DNA of 64,000 bases, taken from positions 64,001 to 128,000 of the forward strand of contig CAWCTR010000004.1 of assembly GCA_963798485.1 (NCBI GenBank), read 5' to 3'. A model generated the notes under the pieces. That model did no database searches. It saw only the letters and a program-made list of their open reading frames with translations, and had not been told where the DNA came from. The DNA comes from an uncultured delta proteobacterium (lineage in GTDB: Bacteria > Desulfobacterota > Desulfomonilia > UBA1062). The stretch's first letter is position 1. Each line of letters starts with the position of its first letter. Made by a program: the position numbers and the translations under genes. Shown here in pieces: positions 58,983-64,000 of this stretch.

Positions 58983-61361
58983 ATGAAATCCCAAACAGCA
59001 CAACCCAGACCCGACGGCAGGTTAACCCCGCCCGAGCGCTTTACACGCATCAAGGATGCCCTGCTCTCTCAGAGAGTGCATCTCTGTACCGAGCGGGCCC
59101 TGCTCATCACGGAGTTTTTCAAGAAGCACGACAATAAGAAAGAGCCCATGGTGATCCGCAAGGCCAAGGCGCTGCGCTACCTGCTCCAGAAGAAGTCGGT
59201 GAAGATCTTCGATGATGAGCTCATCGTCGGCAATGTGGGCGGCTTTCGGAAATCGGTTATCATGCAGCCTGAGCTCTCCGGGGTCGTCATGAGCGAGGAG
59301 CTACTCTGGATGGGCTCCCGCAAGACAAACCCCTATCCCATTTCCTGGGCGGAGCGCCTGAAGCTCGTCTTTAAGGTCATCCCGTACTGGTACTTCAGAA
59401 ATATGAACGCACGGGCATTCAAGTGGTACAGCCCGAAGCTTATCCGTTTCGTATTGGCGCAGCTTACCGCCACCAACTACCTCATCAATGAGTCCGGCGG
59501 CATAGGCCACTTCCTGCCCGATTACGGTAACATGATAAGGCTCGGCATCAAAGGCTACATGGAAACCCTTGATGAGTCGAAGTTCGACCTCCATGCAGCA
59601 GCGCTCATCGCCTGCGAGGGCCTGGCAGACTATGCAAAAAGGCTCTCTGCAGAGGCATCCAGGCTCGCATCCAAAGAGGAATCGCCCACGAGAAGGCAAG
59701 AGCTCTTTGAGATTGCGCGCGTCTGCGACAAGGTGCCCCTGGAGCCTGCCAAGACCCTGCACGAAGCCCTGCAGGCCCTGTGGCTCACCCACATGGCCGT
59801 ATGCCTTGAAGGGATCAACTCCGCCGTCTCTTTTGGGAGGATAGACCAGTACCTTTACCCGTACTACAAGGCCGATATCGCCTCCGGCAGGCTCGATGCG
59901 GAGAAGGCCCGGGAGCTCCTTCTTTGCTTCTCTGCCAAGACCACCGAGCATATGTTCCTCCTTTCCAGCAGGGTCAGCGAGTATCACGGCGGATACCTGG
60001 TGGCCCAGGCCGCTACGGTAGGAGGCATGGACAGCCAGGGCAATGATGCGGTGAACGACCTCACATACCTGTTCCTCGATGTCATGGAACTGGCGGGTCT
60101 TCGCGACCCGAACTACATGGCAAGGATCCATGCATCTTCTCCCGAGGAATATGTGCGCCGGGCCGTGGAGGTGGCATGCAAGGGTAGCAATGTGCCGGGC
60201 CTGTTCAATGATGAGGCCACCATAGCATCGCTCACCTCCCACGGTTACGCCCTCGAAGATGCCCGCGACTATGGGGTCGTGGGCTGCGTGGAACCGACCA
60301 TCCCGTCAAAGAGCTTCTGCTCCACTGATGCCGCACTCTTCAACCTGCCCTTGTGCCTGGTCCTGGCCCTGAACAAGGGCATGCGGCCGGGCACCTGGTT
60401 CAGGGTGGGTGCTCCGACACCCGATCCGGCCACGTTCAAAACCATGGAGAACCTCATCGAAGCCTTCAAGGCCCAGGTGGAATTCATGGTGAGCCGACTG
60501 ATCAAGGACATCCGGATAATCGAGCGGGCCAATCGCGATTTTCACCCCACCCCGTTTTCCTCCATGTTGGTTACAGGCTGCCTGGAGAGCGGCCGCGACG
60601 TGACGTCAGGCGGCGCACAGTTCAACTCCAGCGGTATCCAGGGCGTGGGCGTGGCGGACGTAGCTGATTCCCTTGCCGCCATCTTTGAGGTGGTGTTCAC
60701 ACGCAAGTCTTACACCCTCTCAGAGGTGATCAAGGCCATGGGGGAAAGCTTTAAGGACAAGGGGAAACTCAGCGCAGCGCTGCTCTCGGCCCCGAAGTTC
60801 GGAAACGACAACGGCATGCCTGAGCGATACGCCGATCTTGTCGTGCATATCTTCCATGATGCCTTGATGAGGTATCGCAACACACGGGGAGGCCCCTATA
60901 TATCGGGGTTCTACTCCTCGACAACCCATGTGGGCTTCGGCAGGAGGACATCTGCCCTGCCGAGCGGCAGAAAGGCGGGAGAGCCTTTTGCGGCAAGCAT
61001 GGGGTGCTGCAACGGGCGCGACAGGAACGGCCCCACAGCCCTGCTCAACTCGGTGGCTGCGATTGATTCAAGGCTGTCGCCCAACGGCTATGCCCTGAAC
61101 ATGCGCTTCGATGTATCCTCATTGAAAGGTGAAAAGGCCCTGGACACCATGACCGCCCTTACCAAGGGCTTCTTTGCCCAGGGCGGTATGGAGGTGCAGC
61201 TCAATGTGCTCGATCCGTCGGTCCTGGCCGATGCCCGGTCGCACCCCGGCAAGTACCCCGGCATCGTGGTGAGGGTTGCCGGGTACTGCGCCTACTTCGA
61301 TGAGCTTCCGGACACCGTGAAGGACGAGATAATCAGCAGGACCAGGATGGAACTGGGGTAG
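58983..61361 (+). CDS. Glycyl radical enzyme 2, uncharacterised subtype
   Basis: ERALLITE, IFDDELIVG, SFGRIDQYL, Cys loop VGCVE (Cys codon 60285) and Gly loop RVAGYCAYF (Gly codon 61281). Confidence 0.92.
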   Translation: MKSQTAQPRPDGRLTPPERFTRIKDALLSQRVHLCTERALLITEFFKKHDNKKEPMVIRKAKALRYLLQKKSVKIFDDELIVGNVGGFRKSVIMQPELSGVVMSEELLWMGSRKTNPYPISWAERLKLVFKVIPYWYFRNMNARAFKWYSPKLIRFVLAQLTATNYLINESGGIGHFLPDYGNMIRLGIKGYMETLDESKFDLHAAALIACEGLADYAKRLSAEASRLASKEESPTRRQELFEIARVCDKVPLEPAKTLHEALQALWLTHMAVCLEGINSAVSFGRIDQYLYPYYKADIASGRLDAEKARELLLCFSAKTTEHMFLLSSRVSEYHGGYLVAQAATVGGMDSQGNDAVNDLTYLFLDVMELAGLRDPNYMARIHASSPEEYVRRAVEVACKGSNVPGLFNDEATIASLTSHGYALEDARDYGVVGCVEPTIPSKSFCSTDAALFNLPLCLVLALNKGMRPGTWFRVGAPTPDPATFKTMENLIEAFKAQVEFMVSRLIKDIRIIERANRDFHPTPFSSMLVTGCLESGRDVTSGGAQFNSSGIQGVGVADVADSLAAIFEVVFTRKSYTLSEVIKAMGESFKDKGKLSAALLSAPKFGNDNGMPERYADLVVHIFHDALMRYRNTRGGPYISGFYSSTTHVGFGRRTSALPSGRKAGEPFAASMGCCNGRDRNGPTALLNSVAAIDSRLSPNGYALNMRFDVSSLKGEKALDTMTALTKGFFAQGGMEVQLNVLDPSVLADARSHPGKYPGIVVRVAGYCAYFDELPDTVKDEIISRTRMELG

Positions 61362-61483
61362 AAGACGAGTGGATGTACGAATATGCGTGAAAGGGTATTA
61401 TTGTAGGGTCATTTCGATCATCGCACAGCGGGAGTTGCTACGCTGGTATCCATGCAAGAAACTATGCTTAAGCTATGAGAGAT

Positions 61484-61603
61484 AGGTCCCCCTCCTTCGT
61501 AAGGAGGGGACAGGGGAGATTTGTTCAAAACATGTATGGATCGGTCACGACCGTTCCCTGTAAGAAAATCCCTCCTGTCCTCCCTTTACAAAAGGGAGGG
61601 ACC
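61484..61603. repeat. Second REP-like family: inverted pair of hairpins
   Basis: GGTCCCCCTCCTTCGTAAGGAGGGGACAGGGGAGATTT ... AAATCCCTCCTGTCCTCCCTTTACAAAAGGGAGGGACC. Confidence 0.75.
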
Positions 61604-61725
61604 TTTCTGCACGTTTCCCAGCATCTAAACTGATACGTTATATCCTACTGATGGTACTGTCATGAAATCAGGTTTTTTCGGATGCGCCCAAGGCTAGGTG
61701 GCAGTATACTTTCGCCGTGACTGCT

Positions 61726-62742
61726 TCACCCGAGATACTCGCGATACACCGATGAGAATCTCCTGAGTTCTTTATAATCCATAACCGTGGACATGGGGAG
61801 GTTTGTCTCCTCCACCCCGGCCTCCCTTGCCGAGGCAACAGGGTTGAGGCCGCCTAACAGGATGATGCCCATCTTATTGATGTCCACACTCACCTGACAG
61901 ACGCTCTCGCCCATCTTACCCATGGAGATCACCGGCTGCATGTCGACGCCTTTTAACAGTTCGATGACCTCTTCCACCCCGTCCCTGCACACCCCGGCAA
62001 CCTCGCTGAAGTTAGCCAGGATCTTTCCCTCACCCCTTCTCAGAACCTCCCGAACGGCCGTCATCCGTGCGCTGATGAAGGCCTCCGATGGATCCAGGGA
62101 GGTTCCGGAGTAGTGGATGAGGTCCGCAAAACGCATGGGTTTATGTTCACTTATCTGGAGGATGCCGCCGAATTTTGACTCCAGAGGGATGCCGCGTTTT
62201 AGCAGCATACCGGAAAACACGATGCTGCACACCGTAGCAAAACCGATGCACCCTGGCGGCACATGCACGTCGCCTAAAAAGGCCCCTTCGGGCGCCACGG
62301 CCACCAGGTCGCTTACACAGTAACCCTTTTCAAAGGCCGACTTCATCCCCTTGAGTGCATCCTTGAAACTTTCCCGGGGAAAGAACGAGACATTACTGGG
62401 GATAAGGCCCTTGCCTGCGGTTGCATCGAAGGTGGTCTTGTAGGCAAGGATCTCCATACGGGAGATGCAGTAGCCGACCTTGTCCTGGACCCTGGCGTTG
62501 CGGAGCTCCTCTATGCCTTTTTCCGTGATGAGCCTGCCGTCCCTCCTCCCGATAAACCGTGTAAGCTCGCGCTGGTCCATGAATTGAAGGTGATAGCGGA
62601 CGGCGCGCTCGCTCAGGTTGATCCCGTATTCCTTCATCCTCCTGGCGATGATGCGCGCGCCGAGCGGTTGCCCTGCATGGTTGAGGATTCTCAGGATCAG
62701 GATGCTCTTCCGTTCCATCTCATCATATGCAAACATGTTCAT
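61726..62742 (-). CDS. nrpR: NrpR-family transcriptional repressor (wHTH + single NRD/DUF128 domain)
   Basis: LSERAVRYHL, GFATVCSI, YSGTSLDPSEAFI and GGLNPVA motifs. Confidence 0.85.
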   Translation of the reverse strand: MNMFAYDEMERKSILILRILNHAGQPLGARIIARRMKEYGINLSERAVRYHLQFMDQRELTRFIGRRDGRLITEKGIEELRNARVQDKVGYCISRMEILAYKTTFDATAGKGLIPSNVSFFPRESFKDALKGMKSAFEKGYCVSDLVAVAPEGAFLGDVHVPPGCIGFATVCSIVFSGMLLKRGIPLESKFGGILQISEHKPMRFADLIHYSGTSLDPSEAFISARMTAVREVLRRGEGKILANFSEVAGVCRDGVEEVIELLKGVDMQPVISMGKMGESVCQVSVDINKMGIILLGGLNPVASAREAGVEETNLPMSTVMDYKELRRFSSVYREYLG

Positions 62743-62862
62743 CTCCTAAAGAAATATCGGTAGGGTATTGCCGATAATGGTTACACGCCGGAGAAAAAGC
62801 TGTCAACGTTTGCATGACAATTCACATTATTTCGGATACAACAAACCCATAGAGGGAAAGGC

Positions 62863-63525
62863 ATGGGCCGGATCAGAGACAATGTGTCGAGGCTGCTCTC
62901 GGAGATACCACCAGGCATCACGGTGGTGGCAGCCGCCAAGTCGAGAAACGCTGCGGAGATCCTTGAGGCTATTGTTGCGGGCATCACCGTCGTGGGCGAG
63001 AATTATATGCAGGAATCCCGTACAATGATCGAGGCCATCGGAGCGAAGGCCTCATGGCACTTCATAGGCCACATCCAGAAAAACAAGGTCAAATTCATCG
63101 TGCCGCTTTTCGACATGATTGAGACAGTGGACTCCATGGAGCTTGCATCCATGATAGACCGGCATGCCGCCAGGTATGGCAAGATCATGCCCGTGCTCGT
63201 CGAGGTGAACATCGCCCATGAGGCACAAAAGCACGGGGCCATGCCCGAGGATGTCCCCGATCTTATCAGGCAATTGAGCGGCCTGAAAAATATCCTAGTA
63301 AGCGGGCTCATGACCATGGGGCCCTTTGTGGAAGACACTGAGGAACTCAGGCCTTACTTCAGGCAGACCAAGGTCCTTTTCGAGGAAATCAAGGCATTGA
63401 ATATTGCGAAGGTGAGGATGGACTATCTCTCCATGGGCATGAGCGATTCCTTTTCTATAGCCATCCAGGAAGGGGCCACAATGGTCCGCATCGGCACCAG
63501 GATCTTCGGAGAAAGGCCGCACTGA
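62863..63525 (+). CDS. yggS: YggS/PLPBP pyridoxal phosphate homeostasis protein
   Basis: GENYMQE, WHFIGHIQKNK, LSMGMSD and MVRIGTRIFG motifs. Confidence 0.95.
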   Translation: MGRIRDNVSRLLSEIPPGITVVAAAKSRNAAEILEAIVAGITVVGENYMQESRTMIEAIGAKASWHFIGHIQKNKVKFIVPLFDMIETVDSMELASMIDRHAARYGKIMPVLVEVNIAHEAQKHGAMPEDVPDLIRQLSGLKNILVSGLMTMGPFVEDTEELRPYFRQTKVLFEEIKALNIAKVRMDYLSMGMSDSFSIAIQEGATMVRIGTRIFGERPH

Positions 63526-63535
63526 ACTTATCCTG

Positions 63536-64000
63536 TCAACAAATCTTCACCGGCATCCCGACCCTTGCCCCGATGATCTTGGCCGCATTTACCCGGTTTG
63601 CCGCTATCTCGATGGTGGAGGCACTGCCGCAGATGAGGCCCAGAGATCCGGCAGGGATGTCTGCAAAGGTCTTTGCGCAAATTGTAATGACCTGCCCGTT
63701 CAATTCGAGCGAAATATCCGGCTTGGCACTCTCACAGAAGATGTTGGTGATCACGTTCCCGAAGGTGTCTATGTGCACGACCATGGGGTCCTTTACCTCA
63801 AGGGATACCGGTTCAAGAGCAGGTATGCCCAGTTCATGTATGTCATCTCCCGCCAGTATCCTTGCCACCAGCAGTGCAAAGATATCCCTGCCGTGGAAGG
63901 TTGACGATACGGCCCCCTGGGGCCTCCAGGTGATCTCCATGACCGTCTCGGCCGGGAACAGGAACGAGAATACCCCGTTATCAGGCCCGACAAAGACATG
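63536..64000 (-). CDS. SAM hydrolase/halogenase (DUF62) family protein, 5' end outside window
   Basis: FVGPDNG, STFHGRDIFA and HIDTFGNVITNI motifs. Frame is open to the window edge. Confidence 0.88.
   Translation of the reverse strand, partial: HVFVGPDNGVFSFLFPAETVMEITWRPQGAVSSTFHGRDIFALLVARILAGDDIHELGIPALEPVSLEVKDPMVVHIDTFGNVITNIFCESAKPDISLELNGQVITICAKTFADIPAGSLGLICGSASTIEIAANRVNAAKIIGARVGMPVKIC

Noticed and set aside
54593-61361. Annotation as pyruvate formate-lyase, or as alkyl/benzylsuccinate synthase
   Set aside because: There is no Cys-Cys pair, the activase has a ferredoxin insert unlike PflA, and there are no small beta/gamma subunit genes or Bss/Ass-type Cys loop.
63536-64000. Fluorinase/chlorinase
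   Set aside because: The FHGRD motif and housekeeping context fit the common DUF62 SAM hydrolases. The gene is truncated, so halogenase activity cannot be supported.

Overview
A 64-kb chromosomal window from an anaerobic, probably Desulfobacterota/syntroph-like Gram-negative bacterium; the taxonomy is inferred from gene content (AOR, AhbB, NrpR, FadN-type beta-oxidation). It opens inside a giant two-partner-secretion adhesin with two homogenised repeat arrays, followed by its TpsB transporter. Next come acyl-CoA beta-oxidation genes, a two-component system, and a complete but atypical polyhydroxyalkanoate (PHA) locus: PhaZ-like hydrolase, PhaR, three tandem phasin-like paralogues, a non-canonical PhaC-like enzyme and a PhaE-like partner. 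Further on are envelope genes, an AOR/class II aldolase pair, a small plasticity spot (pseudogene, internally deleted RAYT element, REP hairpins), a TetR-HMG-CoA reductase-acyl-CoA ligase operon and a decaying MarR-adjacent catabolic operon with two cryptic gene remnants. The strongest candidate for an undescribed system is the GntR-led operon at 53.9-61.4 kb, encoding two divergent glycyl radical enzymes, one activase and a tandem split-barrel flavin-binding protein. No rRNA, tRNA or CRISPR array was seen. All calls come from motif recognition by eye; no database searches were run.
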